DNA of 64,000 nt from Deferribacterales bacterium (lineage in GTDB: Bacteria; Chrysiogenota; Deferribacteres; Deferribacterales; Geovibrionaceae), in assembly GCA_050253075.1 (NCBI GenBank), contig JBFWJS010000001.1, forward strand, positions 160,001 through 224,000, written 5' to 3'. The notes beneath the pieces are model-generated. The model searched no databases. It saw only the letters and a list, made by a program, of their open reading frames with translations, and had not been told where the DNA came from. Made by a program: the position numbers and the translations under genes. Below are positions 30,836 through 40,092 of this stretch, piece after piece (position 1 is the first letter of the stretch; each line of letters opens with the position of its first letter).

Positions 30836-31645
30836 CTAATCCTCCAGTATTCCCTTTAAAACGTGTCTGACGGCGAGGTTCGCCTGTATCCCTGCGGCGA
30901 TAGTCACCCTTGTGGACATCAGCCCTCTGCCTATCTTCGCCTCGGCGACAAAGTCACCGACCAGCTGAACATTCTTCCCTGCTTTAACAACACGAAAGCT
31001 CTCGTGAGAGCCGAGCCCCGCCACACCCGAAGCACCTACGATAAGCGCATCAGAGTACAGCTTCGAGACCTCCATGATGAACATAGCCTTCGTCTCTGCA
31101 TTGTCGAATGCCTCTATGATGACATCGCATCCGTCGAAGAGCCCCTTGACGTTCTCTCTGGTGAGAAACAGGTCTTTCATCTCATATTTAATGTATGGGT
31201 TCACCCTTTGCAGGTTTGCGTGGGTGGCGTCAGTCTTTCTCATCCCTATCTGGTCTATATAGTACTGCTGACGGTTTATATTTGACGGGATTATCACGTC
31301 ATAGTCTATCAGCAGGAGCTCGCCGACACCCATCCTTGCCAGAGCAAGGGCGATGTTTGAGCCGAGCCCGCCGAGCCCGCAAACAGCCATGCGGCACTGT
31401 TTCATTCTGTCTGCAACCTTTGGCGTGTGGCGTGCTGTTATGAGGTACTGCATCTCATCCGCATCGGGTATCTCGCCCTTTTTGATAAGATATAATACAT
31501 CCCCCGACTCCAGCTCTGTGTCAGGCTTAACTATGTGTCCGTTAAGGATTATAATGTCCGTGTCGGGTTTGTGGTCACGCACTATGTCAGCGGCCTTTGC
31601 CTCTGCCCTTGCTTTCACTTCCTTTTCATTTACTCGGATTATCAA
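30836..31645 (-). CDS. thiF: ThiS adenylyltransferase ThiF with N-terminal ubiquitin-like domain
   Basis: GLGGLGS, DYD..SNINRQQY, EAFDN; extra ~60-aa beta-grasp-like N-terminus; adjacent to thiS. Confidence 0.9.
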   Translation of the reverse strand: MIIRVNEKEVKARAEAKAADIVRDHKPDTDIIILNGHIVKPDTELESGDVLYLIKKGEIPDADEMQYLITARHTPKVADRMKQCRMAVCGLGGLGSNIALALARMGVGELLLIDYDVIIPSNINRQQYYIDQIGMRKTDATHANLQRVNPYIKYEMKDLFLTRENVKGLFDGCDVIIEAFDNAETKAMFIMEVSKLYSDALIVGASGVAGLGSHESFRVVKAGKNVQLVGDFVAEAKIGRGLMSTRVTIAAGIQANLAVRHVLKGILED

Positions 31646-33329
31646 TTTTCAGGTCTCCCGTTTCGTATAACAAATAAGTGTTTTCGTCTGCACATCTGTT
31701 TTTATATAAAATGTGCACTCGGTCTTCGTCACAGCCGTATGTGTTCGATCTCGTATGATATACCGCTTTACAGCTTTCATCAAGACTGTTGACACACACC
31801 CAGCCGTAGTCCTCCGACACCTCTCCGACCGGTATAAATATATTCTCTCCGCCGTAAATGTCTATAGTCCCGGTGTCTGCCCTCTTCACCCCTATCTCCG
31901 CCAGATAAGGGAGAAAGCCGTAGACGAAATCTCCGTGATGCCCTTTATAGAACACATGCACCCTGTCGTCCACAACTACAAATCCCTTAGAGCGTCCCAG
32001 ATTAGGGAAATATCCGCCCATCTCCACATCCGAGGGGATATACGGCACGGCAAGGAGCACAAGCGCCAGCCACATAAGACGTAGCCGTGTGCAGAGAAAC
32101 AGGAAAAATGCCATAGCCAGAGCCCAGCCTATATGCGCCTTATACAGTGTAAAAAACGGAGCAAAAGCCCCCGCAAAGATATCTATCATCCACAGGTGAA
32201 TCTTTTCCAGCAGTATCATCGGCGCAAGAGACATAGATGGAAATATCAGATATATAAGGAAACATATCACCTGTGCCGACAGCACGGGGATGAGAAATAT
32301 AGTAGTGACTACGGAGCTGATGTTAAACGTGCCGAATGTGGCAGTCCCTGCGGGGATAATGAAGAGCGTCGCCACCAAGCCCACCGCAACGGGAGCCATA
32401 AACTTAGGATATTTGAGCTGATCCAGATGGAGCAGGCCGTAAACAGCGGAAAAAGACAAAAGGAACGACGGCGAAGCGAGCATAGACGGAGATATCAGGA
32501 TGAACAGCCCCGCAAAGAATAACAACAGCTTCCGCACGTCGGATGTATAGTCGAAGAACTTTGCCGTGATGATGGCAAATCCGATGAGCCCTGCACGCAG
32601 TACGGGTATCTTAAATCCCGTGAAGGGTATCAGCAGTAAAAGCACAAGCCCCGCAGGTATCAGCCGCAGCTTATAAGGGAGAAAGCCGAATATAAGATAG
32701 ACCACCATAGTATAAAGACCCACATGGAGCCCCGATATGGCGAGCAGATGCCCCAGCCCCGTCAGCTGGAACTTGTCTATCACGTCATCTTCCAGATACT
32801 GCTTATCCCCGAGGACTATCCCCTGAGTGAGACGAAGCGCACCGCCTGTCACGGCAAACAGCTTGTCTGAAAGCTCCTGTCTGTTTTCCAGTATCCCGCC
32901 GATAAATGGCAGATGTATAGAATATAGCTCCACATCAGACACAAAATACCCTCTGGCATACCGCCCTTCTGCTTCGCCCGAATATTTCTGCTTTTCATAT
33001 CCGCCGATGACGATATCGCCCGCACTGAGAGCCTGCGCCGTCACCAGCGTGCCCGATGTTGTAGTGTACAGACGTTTATCCTTGTCCGATGATTTCTCCC
33101 CAGTTATCAGCAGAGCGTTAGATGCGAAAAGGTATAGACAAAGCACGATGAGCCCTATCAGCACGCCCCGCTTCCTGCGGATGAAACCGAAGGGGAGAGC
33201 AAATGCAAAAAGCGCACCTGCGAATCTGCTCGGGTAAAATGCGAAAGAGGTAAGGATACTTAGTATGAAAAACAGCTCCACCCTGCCGTGTTTTACAATA
33301 AATATCTGGTAAAAAAGCCTTTTCATCAT
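31626..33329 (-). CDS. comEC: ComEC/Rec2 family competence channel protein
   Basis: GLGHLLAISGLHVG, VLRA, SFLLSFSAV; multiple TM. Confidence 0.85.
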   Translation of the reverse strand: MMKRLFYQIFIVKHGRVELFFILSILTSFAFYPSRFAGALFAFALPFGFIRRKRGVLIGLIVLCLYLFASNALLITGEKSSDKDKRLYTTTSGTLVTAQALSAGDIVIGGYEKQKYSGEAEGRYARGYFVSDVELYSIHLPFIGGILENRQELSDKLFAVTGGALRLTQGIVLGDKQYLEDDVIDKFQLTGLGHLLAISGLHVGLYTMVVYLIFGFLPYKLRLIPAGLVLLLLIPFTGFKIPVLRAGLIGFAIITAKFFDYTSDVRKLLLFFAGLFILISPSMLASPSFLLSFSAVYGLLHLDQLKYPKFMAPVAVGLVATLFIIPAGTATFGTFNISSVVTTIFLIPVLSAQVICFLIYLIFPSMSLAPMILLEKIHLWMIDIFAGAFAPFFTLYKAHIGWALAMAFFLFLCTRLRLMWLALVLLAVPYIPSDVEMGGYFPNLGRSKGFVVVDDRVHVFYKGHHGDFVYGFLPYLAEIGVKRADTGTIDIYGGENIFIPVGEVSEDYGWVCVNSLDESCKAVYHTRSNTYGCDEDRVHILYKNRCADENTYLLYETGDLKIDNPSK

Positions 33330-33430
33330 ACCTCTTCCGTCTGATAGTTATAATATTTTAGTTTATTTCTCCTTTCATATAAAGCCCGCTTTTGTTAAAA
33401 TATCATCAACAAAAAAATTGTGGATTTGAC

Positions 33431-36400
33431 ATGAGCGGTAACAAGGATTTCGTACATCTTCATTTACATACACAGTATTCACTCCTCGACGGTGCTATCA
33501 TCGTCGGCGACCTGATGCAAAAGATAAAAGAGACTGGCATGACACCCATGGTCGGCATATCCGACCACGGCACGATGCACGGTATAGTAGACTTCTATAA
33601 ACAGGCACTGGCAAACGATATTAAGCCCGTGCTGGGGTGCGAGGTCTATGTCTCCCCAGATTCCAGATTCAACACCAGCTACGAACGTGGACAGGACAGG
33701 AACTATCACCTTGTTCTGCAGGCGGTGAACAACACCGGTCTTTCAAACCTGCAGAAGCTCGTCTCCCTCGCCCAGTTCGAGGGATTCCATTACAAACCCC
33801 GTGTGGATAAAGAGATTCTCGCTAAATATTCCGAAGGGCTGATCGCCATGTCGGCGTGTCTGGCGGGCGAGATACCACGTAAGATAATGCGTGAGCAGTA
33901 CGACGAGGCCGTCGCTGTCGCCCACGAATACAGAGACATCTTCGGCAAGGATAACTTCTTCCTCGAAATACAGGAAAACGGCATAGAGGAACAGCTGATG
34001 GTGAACAGAAACATCATCAAGATGTCCCGTGAATCGGGCATCCCCCTCGTCGCCACAAACGACTGCCACTACCTTAACAAAGGCGACCACCTCAGCCACG
34101 AGGTACTCATTTGCATACAGACACAGTCCACCATAAACAGCCCGAACAGGTTCGAGATACACTCCGACCAGCTCTGGGTGAAAACACCGGAGGAGATGTG
34201 GGCGTCATTCGGCGAAGTGCCCGACGCTCTCACAAACACCGTAGAGATAGCCAACAGGTGCAACACATCGATTGAATTCGGCAATCTGCACCTGCCCGAG
34301 TATGAAGTGCCCGATGGGTACAGCATCGCAAGCTACCTCGAACACCTAGCACGGAAAGGACTGCATGAGAAACTGGCGAAAATCCCCGCCGACAAGCATC
34401 AGGTATACTACGACCGTATGCAGACAGAGCTGGACGTCATCATAGGTAAAAACTTTGCGGGATACTTCCTCATCGTATGGGACTTCATGAATTACTCCCG
34501 CCGTGTGGGCATCCCTGTGGGACCGGGGCGTGGTTCGGGTGCGGGCTCTCTCGTTGCCTATTCCCTCGGCATCACAGACCTCGACCCTATACATTTTAAA
34601 CTGCTCTTTGAAAGATTCCTTAACCCTGAAAGATCATCCATGCCCGACTTTGATATCGACTTCTGTGTGCGTGGACGTGAACAGGTAATAAAATACGTCC
34701 GTGAAAAATACGGCGACGACCGTGTTTCACAGATTATCACATTCGGTAAGCTGCTCGGACGAAGCACCGTACGTGACGTCGGGCGTGTGCTCGAAGTGCC
34801 CCTGCCCATAGTCGATAAACTGGCGAAAGCACTCCCTTCCGACCCGGGCATGACTCTGCGCAAAGCCCTGAAACAGGACGAAGAGCTGGAGCAGATATTT
34901 AAATCTGTGGATCAGGGGGAAGAGATACTCCGACACGCCGTAAAGCTGGAAGGGCTCGTGAGAAACACGGGTATGCACGCTGCGGGCGTTATCATTTCCG
35001 ACAAACCGCTGGATGAATACGTGCCTCTCTGCAAAGGGCAGAACAATGAGGTCGTTTCCCAGTTTGAAAAAGATACTATGGAGAGCGTCGGTCTCGTTAA
35101 GTTCGACTTTTTGGGACTGAACAACCTCACCATCATAGACGAAGCTATCAAACAGATTAAGAAGAACAGGGGGGAGGATCTCGATATTACGAGAATACCT
35201 CTGGATAATGCAGAAGTTTTCGACCTGCTCAGCCGTGGAGATGCTACGGGCGTATTCCAGCTGGAGAGCTCGGGTATGAAAAACCTGCTGAAAAAGCTGC
35301 GTCCTGAATGTTTCGAAGATATTATCGCGCTTGTGGCGCTTTACCGTCCGGGTCCTATGGAGTCAGGGATGCTTGATTCCTTTGTAAAACGTAAATACGG
35401 AGAGGAGGAGATAGACTATATCTTCCCCGATCTGGAAGACATCCTTAAAGAGACCCGAGGCGTTGTTATTTATCAGGAACAGGTAATGCAGATCGCCCAG
35501 ATCGTGGGCGGATACTCTCTCGGCTCTGCGGATAACCTCCGCCGTGCGATGGGTAAAAAGAAAGCATCCGAGATGGAAAAGCAGAAGGAATTCTTCCTAT
35601 ACGGCGACGGCGACACCATCCCCGGTGCAAAGGCACGCGGCTATGATATGGTCATGGCTGAAGACCTCTTCGACAAACTGGCGAAATTCGCCGGATACGG
35701 TTTCAACAAATCACACTCCGCAGCATATGCCCTAATCAGTTATCAGACAGCATATCTGAAGGCACTTTATCCTGTGGAATACATGGCGGCCATCCTCTCA
35801 TGCGAGATCGATAAGGGCGAAAAGATCGTAACCTTTACCGAAGAATGTAAGAGCATGGGGATAGAGGTTCTGCCTCCGAACGTAAATAAATCAGGTGCAA
35901 ACTTTGAAATAGAAGGGAAAGCCATACACTTCGGACTCGGCGCTATCAAAGGCGTCGGAGTAAATGCCATCGACGCAGCCATTCAGGAGCGTGAGGCAAA
36001 CGGAGAGTTTAAGAGCATATATGATTTCTGCGAGCGTGTTGACCTGCGTGCATGTAACAAGCGTGTCATCGAAGCACTGGTCAAGGCGGGCGCATTCGAC
36101 TGTACGGGGAAAAACCGCAGACAGCTCCTGCAGGTGATAGAGAAAGCTCTGGAGGAAGGCCAGCGTAAGCAGAAGATGGCGGAACAGGGGATAATGTCCC
36201 TCGAGGCTTTCCTGCTGGACGAGGACGAGACCGAAGAGGAACAGTATTTTTACCCTGATGTGGATGAAATGCCCGAAAACGAACTGCTGAAAATGGAGAA
36301 GGAAGTTCTCGACTTTTACATCAGCAATCACCCTCTGGCCATATATAACAACATTCTCAAGACATTCACCATACCGCTCAGCGAGGTGAACAACCCCGAC

Positions 36401-36961
36401 AGCACAGGCGATGTTGTCGTAGGCGGGCTAGTAAAGGAAGTGAAGCGCATCATGACCAAAAAAGGCGACAAAATGGCCTTTGTAAAGATAGAGGACATGA
36501 ACGCAGACGTGGAAGTGATCGTTTTCCCACGTACATTCGAGGCTTATCAGAGACACCTCGAAAACGATAAGATCATCATCATAGCTGGCAAGGTAGACCA
36601 TAAGGAAGACAGCAGCAACATTCTGGCTGATAAGATCATGGACGTGACCGAGGCTATGGAGATGCTCACAGAGGAAGTGACCATCACACTCAGCTCCGTC
36701 GGCATGACATCCGAGAGACTCTCAAAGCTGAAGACAATATTAGGCACACACCACGGCGAAGTTCCGGTGAAATTAAAACTTGAAAAGCCGAAGACGTTCG
36801 CCGTTTACATCAATACCGGCCCCGATTTTAAGATAAAGCCGGGGTACGAATTTTACAGCGAGATTGACTCTCTGCTCGGTAAAAACAGATATGACATCCG
36901 CTCCAAAGCCTATGTGCACGAAGAGCGAAAGAACGGATTCAGAAAGAATAAATCGGCTTAA
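33431..36961 (+). CDS. dnaE: DNA polymerase III alpha subunit
   Basis: HLHLHTQYSLLDG, GPGRGSGAGS, PDFDIDF, HAAG, KFDFLGL, GFNKSH; no intein-sized insertion. Confidence 0.98.
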   Translation: MSGNKDFVHLHLHTQYSLLDGAIIVGDLMQKIKETGMTPMVGISDHGTMHGIVDFYKQALANDIKPVLGCEVYVSPDSRFNTSYERGQDRNYHLVLQAVNNTGLSNLQKLVSLAQFEGFHYKPRVDKEILAKYSEGLIAMSACLAGEIPRKIMREQYDEAVAVAHEYRDIFGKDNFFLEIQENGIEEQLMVNRNIIKMSRESGIPLVATNDCHYLNKGDHLSHEVLICIQTQSTINSPNRFEIHSDQLWVKTPEEMWASFGEVPDALTNTVEIANRCNTSIEFGNLHLPEYEVPDGYSIASYLEHLARKGLHEKLAKIPADKHQVYYDRMQTELDVIIGKNFAGYFLIVWDFMNYSRRVGIPVGPGRGSGAGSLVAYSLGITDLDPIHFKLLFERFLNPERSSMPDFDIDFCVRGREQVIKYVREKYGDDRVSQIITFGKLLGRSTVRDVGRVLEVPLPIVDKLAKALPSDPGMTLRKALKQDEELEQIFKSVDQGEEILRHAVKLEGLVRNTGMHAAGVIISDKPLDEYVPLCKGQNNEVVSQFEKDTMESVGLVKFDFLGLNNLTIIDEAIKQIKKNRGEDLDITRIPLDNAEVFDLLSRGDATGVFQLESSGMKNLLKKLRPECFEDIIALVALYRPGPMESGMLDSFVKRKYGEEEIDYIFPDLEDILKETRGVVIYQEQVMQIAQIVGGYSLGSADNLRRAMGKKKASEMEKQKEFFLYGDGDTIPGAKARGYDMVMAEDLFDKLAKFAGYGFNKSHSAAYALISYQTAYLKALYPVEYMAAILSCEIDKGEKIVTFTEECKSMGIEVLPPNVNKSGANFEIEGKAIHFGLGAIKGVGVNAIDAAIQEREANGEFKSIYDFCERVDLRACNKRVIEALVKAGAFDCTGKNRRQLLQVIEKALEEGQRKQKMAEQGIMSLEAFLLDEDETEEEQYFYPDVDEMPENELLKMEKEVLDFYISNHPLAIYNNILKTFTIPLSEVNNPDSTGDVVVGGLVKEVKRIMTKKGDKMAFVKIEDMNADVEVIVFPRTFEAYQRHLENDKIIIIAGKVDHKEDSSNILADKIMDVTEAMEMLTEEVTITLSSVGMTSERLSKLKTILGTHHGEVPVKLKLEKPKTFAVYINTGPDFKIKPGYEFYSEIDSLLGKNRYDIRSKAYVHEERKNGFRKNKSA

Positions 36962-36969
36962 TCCCATTT

Positions 36970-37060
36970 GTCATTGCGAAGCCTCGCAAAGGCTGTGGCA
37001 ATCTCCCACACAGGTATACGTAATAAAGCTGGACGACTGCTTAACATTTTTTGCAGTGAC
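36970..37060. repeat. GTC-tagged palindromic repeat, inverted pair with degenerate right unit
   Basis: GTCATTGCGAAGCC..GGCAATCTC spacer GACTGC..TTGCAGTGAC. Confidence 0.72.
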
Positions 37061-37075
37061 TTTTCAGAGGTAGAT

Positions 37076-37867
37076 ATGAAAACATGTTTAACCATCGCAG
37101 GTTCCGACTCAGGCGGCGGAGCAGGCATTCAGGCAGATATAAAGACCATGAGCGCAAACGGCGTCTATGCCATGAGCGTCATAACAGCCGTCACAGCTCA
37201 GAACACCACCGGTGTTCAGGGATATGTCGACATCCCCCTTGAGTATATAGACATGCAGATAGACTCTATTTTTTCAGATATCGTCCCCGATGCCGTAAAG
37301 ACGGGAATGCTTTCAAACCCCGACACTGTGGCACTGGTAGCAAGGAAACTGCATGAGTACAGGGTGGAAAACCTTGTGGTAGACCCTGTGATGATAGCAA
37401 AGGGAGGCTCGCCGCTGCTCAGGGAAGAAGCCGTGCAGAACATGGTTCAGATGCTTTTCCCACAGGCAAAGATCATCACGCCGAACATCCCCGAAGCCGA
37501 ATTTATAACAGGCAAAAAGATCGTCACATCATCCGACATGCACGAGATATGCCTCCTGCTGACAGATATGGGTGCGAATGCCGTCCTTTTAAAAGGCGGG
37601 CACATGGGCACTGACGAAGCGAACGACCTGCTCTTTGACGGTGAAGATTTCTATACACTCTCATCACCACGGATAAATACCGAAAACACACACGGCACAG
37701 GGTGTACACTCGCATCCGCCATCGCATCGAACCTTGCGAAGGAGCTGAACATACTGGACGCCGTACGTGCGGCAAAGGGATATATTCAGGGAGCTATAGA
37801 GCACGCCGACGACCTTGAGATTGGCTCCGGTCACGGTCCTGTGCATCATTTTTATCAATTCTACTGA
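37076..37867 (+). CDS. thiD: hydroxymethylpyrimidine/phosphomethylpyrimidine kinase
   Basis: LTIAGSDSGGGAGIQADIKT, VDPVM, TPNIPEA, KGGH, HGTGCT; RBS GAGG before ATG 37076. Confidence 0.97.
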   Translation: MKTCLTIAGSDSGGGAGIQADIKTMSANGVYAMSVITAVTAQNTTGVQGYVDIPLEYIDMQIDSIFSDIVPDAVKTGMLSNPDTVALVARKLHEYRVENLVVDPVMIAKGGSPLLREEAVQNMVQMLFPQAKIITPNIPEAEFITGKKIVTSSDMHEICLLLTDMGANAVLLKGGHMGTDEANDLLFDGEDFYTLSSPRINTENTHGTGCTLASAIASNLAKELNILDAVRAAKGYIQGAIEHADDLEIGSGHGPVHHFYQFY

Positions 37868-37877
37868 TTAATTATAT

Positions 37878-37986
37878 TTTTAAGTCCGTCCATGGACTTG
37901 AAAATTCGGCGCAAGTCTGTACAAGTATTAGCCTTGCTTTCACTACGTGAGATGCGTCCTGCATCTTCATAGATTTTCAAGTCCGT
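37878..37986. repeat. structured inverted-repeat element downstream of thiD
   Basis: GGACTTGAAAAT (37894-37905) / ATTTTCAAGTCC (37973-37984) perfect 12-bp IR; internal hairpins AAGTCC-GTCCAT-GGACTT and AGATGC-GTCCT-GCATCT. Confidence 0.6.
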
Positions 37987-37995
37987 ACAATTAAT

Positions 37996-38173
37996 TGTCA
38001 CTCTGAGGAGCACTAGCCGAAGGCTGAACGAATCCATAAATACATAATTGATGAGTAGAGCGACGTGAGAGTCTCACAACCTCTGATAATCAAACCTTAT
38101 AGTCACCGTGACGTTAGACTTTGGTAAGCGTCAGCCTGAGATTCCTACGCCTGTAAACAGGCTCAGAATGACA
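37996..38173. repeat. GTC-tagged repeat pair with an expanded left loop
   Basis: TGTCACTCTGAGGAGC [~48 nt] GCGACGTGAGAGTCTC spacer GAGATTCC..CTCAGAATGACA. Confidence 0.75.
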
Positions 38174-38192
38174 AACCATACAAACAAAGCTA

Positions 38193-38275
38193 CGTCATTC
38201 TGAGCGTAGCGAAGAATCTGATACCATTAGAGAATCCACGTGTTCAGATCCTTCGGCTAAAGCCTCAGGATGACG
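38193..38275. repeat. GTC-tagged palindromic repeat, inverted pair
   Basis: CGTCATTCTGAGCGTAGCGAAGAATCTG spacer CAGATCCTTCGG..CTCAGGATGACG. Confidence 0.85.
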
Positions 38276-38295
38276 AAAGAATTTTCCTGAAACAT

Positions 38296-38331
38296 AAAAA
38301 CCCCAATCTTATTATTAAAATTGGGGTTTTT
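38296..38331. terminator. probable bidirectional terminator between convergent thiD and transaldolase units
   Basis: AAAAACCCCAAT..ATTGGGGTTTTT; second hairpin TAAGTCTCTT..AAGAGGGGCTTA at ~38364-38391. Confidence 0.65.
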
Positions 38332-38424
38332 CTTATTTTACTTCAAAATTTCAACACGTCTTTTAAGTCTCTTGCTCAAAAGAGGGGCTTATTAGTTTAC
38401 TTTAGAAACAGAGAATATATTCTC

Positions 38425-39075
38425 TTATATAGTGCCGCCGCTGGCTGACCAGTCAGCGAGGAACTGTTCGATACCTTTGTCTGTGAGAGGATGCTTCATC
38501 ATCTGCTCTATCACTTTGTAAGGTATAGTGGCGATGTCTACGGCTATCTCCTGACACTGGAGCATATGCGCTGTGCTTCTGATGGAAGCGGCGATGACTT
38601 CTGTGTCGTAGTCGTATGTATCCACAACATTCTGGCACTGGGAAACAACGTCTATGCCGTCGTGACCTATATCGTCCAGTCTGCCTGCGAACGGGCTGAT
38701 GTATGCTGCGCCTGCTTTACAAGCGAGCAGAGCCTGATTCGCTGAAAAGATAAGTGTAACGTTTACGTCGATCCCTTCGCCTGAAAGGATGCTTGTGGCC
38801 TTCAGACCGTCCTTTGTGAAAGGAACTTTTACAACGACATGTTCGCTGATGCCTGCGAGCTCGCGGCCTTCTTTCACCATGCCTTCCCAGTCGAGTGCGA
38901 TAACTTCTGCACTGACAGGTCCGTTCACGACGTCACATATCTCTTTTATCGTCTTTTTGAAATCTTTCTTCTCTTTTGCTATGAGTGACGGGTTTGTAGT
39001 AACTCCGTCGAGAATGCCGAGGTCTTTTACCTCTTTGATCTCTTCTACATTTGCAGTATCAAGGAATATCTTCAT
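38425..39075 (-). CDS. tal: small-type transaldolase / fructose-6-phosphate aldolase family
   Basis: FLDTAN, GVTTNPSL, VVKVP, NVTLIFS, YISPF.GRLDD, AASIR. Confidence 0.92.
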   Translation of the reverse strand: MKIFLDTANVEEIKEVKDLGILDGVTTNPSLIAKEKKDFKKTIKEICDVVNGPVSAEVIALDWEGMVKEGRELAGISEHVVVKVPFTKDGLKATSILSGEGIDVNVTLIFSANQALLACKAGAAYISPFAGRLDDIGHDGIDVVSQCQNVVDTYDYDTEVIAASIRSTAHMLQCQEIAVDIATIPYKVIEQMMKHPLTDKGIEQFLADWSASGGTI

Positions 39076-39323
39076 TTTTCTTCACCTTTTTTCTGTGCTA
39101 TGAATTCGTCCATTGATTCTTTAGAGCTGAAGTAATACAGCTTGTCGTAGTATTTTACCTTGAATTCCGTATCGGTGCCAACATAAACGCCGTTTATCGG
39201 ATCCTGAACAGTTTCCACTGCTGTGGGGTCTGTCTTCGGTTTTTCTTCTGTGCCTACGGGCTTTTTAAAAAGTTTAAAAGCGAGAAATCCGAGTATCGCC
39301 GCTATTACAAGCTTCATCACCAT
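39072..39323 (-). CDS. membrane-anchored YHS/TRASH-like small protein
   Basis: N-terminal TM; VQDPINGVYV..YYFSSKES pattern; abuts jag and tal. Confidence 0.7.
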   Translation of the reverse strand: MVMKLVIAAILGFLAFKLFKKPVGTEEKPKTDPTAVETVQDPINGVYVGTDTEFKVKYYDKLYYFSSKESMDEFIAQKKGEEK

Positions 39324-40072
39324 TACTCTTCTCCCTGTGCCGCCTTTGGAGCACGGTTTTCCCCGCTCCTGTTGGAAGGTCTGCGGCTTCTCGGCCTGCG
39401 GTTTCCGTTTCCGTTTCTGTTTCCGCCTGCTGATGGTGCTCCGCCGCCCTTTCTCTCAGGAACGATGAGTATCTCTTTCAGGTGCCCTTCGCCTTTGCTC
39501 ACAGTGCTGATACCCTGCACATCTTTGAGCACCATGTGTATCTCTTTGCGAACCATTGTCACCATTGGTGCCATCTTTATAGGTTTGCCTGTTCTTTTAA
39601 CTGTTTTAGCGAGTTTGAGAGCTTTCTCTTTAAGGTTTTCCACCACACGCTCTCTGTAGTCCTCTACATCCACGATGAATGTCATGTCATGGCTCTGCCA
39701 GCTGATCATCCTGTTCAGTATAAACTGGAAAGAGTCGAGTGTCTGGGCATTTTTGCCTATGAGGAGCTTAGAATCGGGGGAGATAATGTTCAGCACCACA
39801 TCAGGGTGTCTCTCTTTGATCTCTATGCTGTAGTCGGCGAAGCCTGCTTTCTCCAGTATTTCGGAGAGAGTGAGCCTTGCCTTTCTGCTGTAGAATTCTG
39901 TGTCGTTGAACTTTATCTTTACCAGAGCGTTCTTGCTGCCGAAGCCGAGGAAGCCTTTAGAGCCTGCCTCGAGAACCTCTGTCTCGATATAGTCCTTTGG
40001 TATATCGTTTTCTGCCAGGAAGTTGTCGATGGCCTGTTCGGCTGTCTTACCTTCCGCTTCAAAATATTTCAT
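39323..40072 (-). CDS. jag: Jag/EloR (KhpB) RNA-binding protein
   Basis: Jag_N EGKT..SKGFLGFG; KH LLIGKNAQTL; DVEDYR; R3H RKEIH; downstream of yidC. Confidence 0.92.
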   Translation of the reverse strand: MKYFEAEGKTAEQAIDNFLAENDIPKDYIETEVLEAGSKGFLGFGSKNALVKIKFNDTEFYSRKARLTLSEILEKAGFADYSIEIKERHPDVVLNIISPDSKLLIGKNAQTLDSFQFILNRMISWQSHDMTFIVDVEDYRERVVENLKEKALKLAKTVKRTGKPIKMAPMVTMVRKEIHMVLKDVQGISTVSKGEGHLKEILIVPERKGGGAPSAGGNRNGNGNRRPRSRRPSNRSGENRAPKAAQGEE

Positions 40073-40092
40073 ATTGAATGTGTCTCCGTTTT

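Noticed and set aside
33431..36961. Intein or split in dnaE
   Set aside because: Normal length (~1176 aa) with continuous motifs and no splice-junction or LAGLIDADG signature.
36962..37075. TPP riboswitch or N-terminal extension upstream of thiD
   Set aside because: No CTGAGA / CCTGA..TAA..GCG.AGG core; the structure is explained by the GTC-tagged repeat pair.
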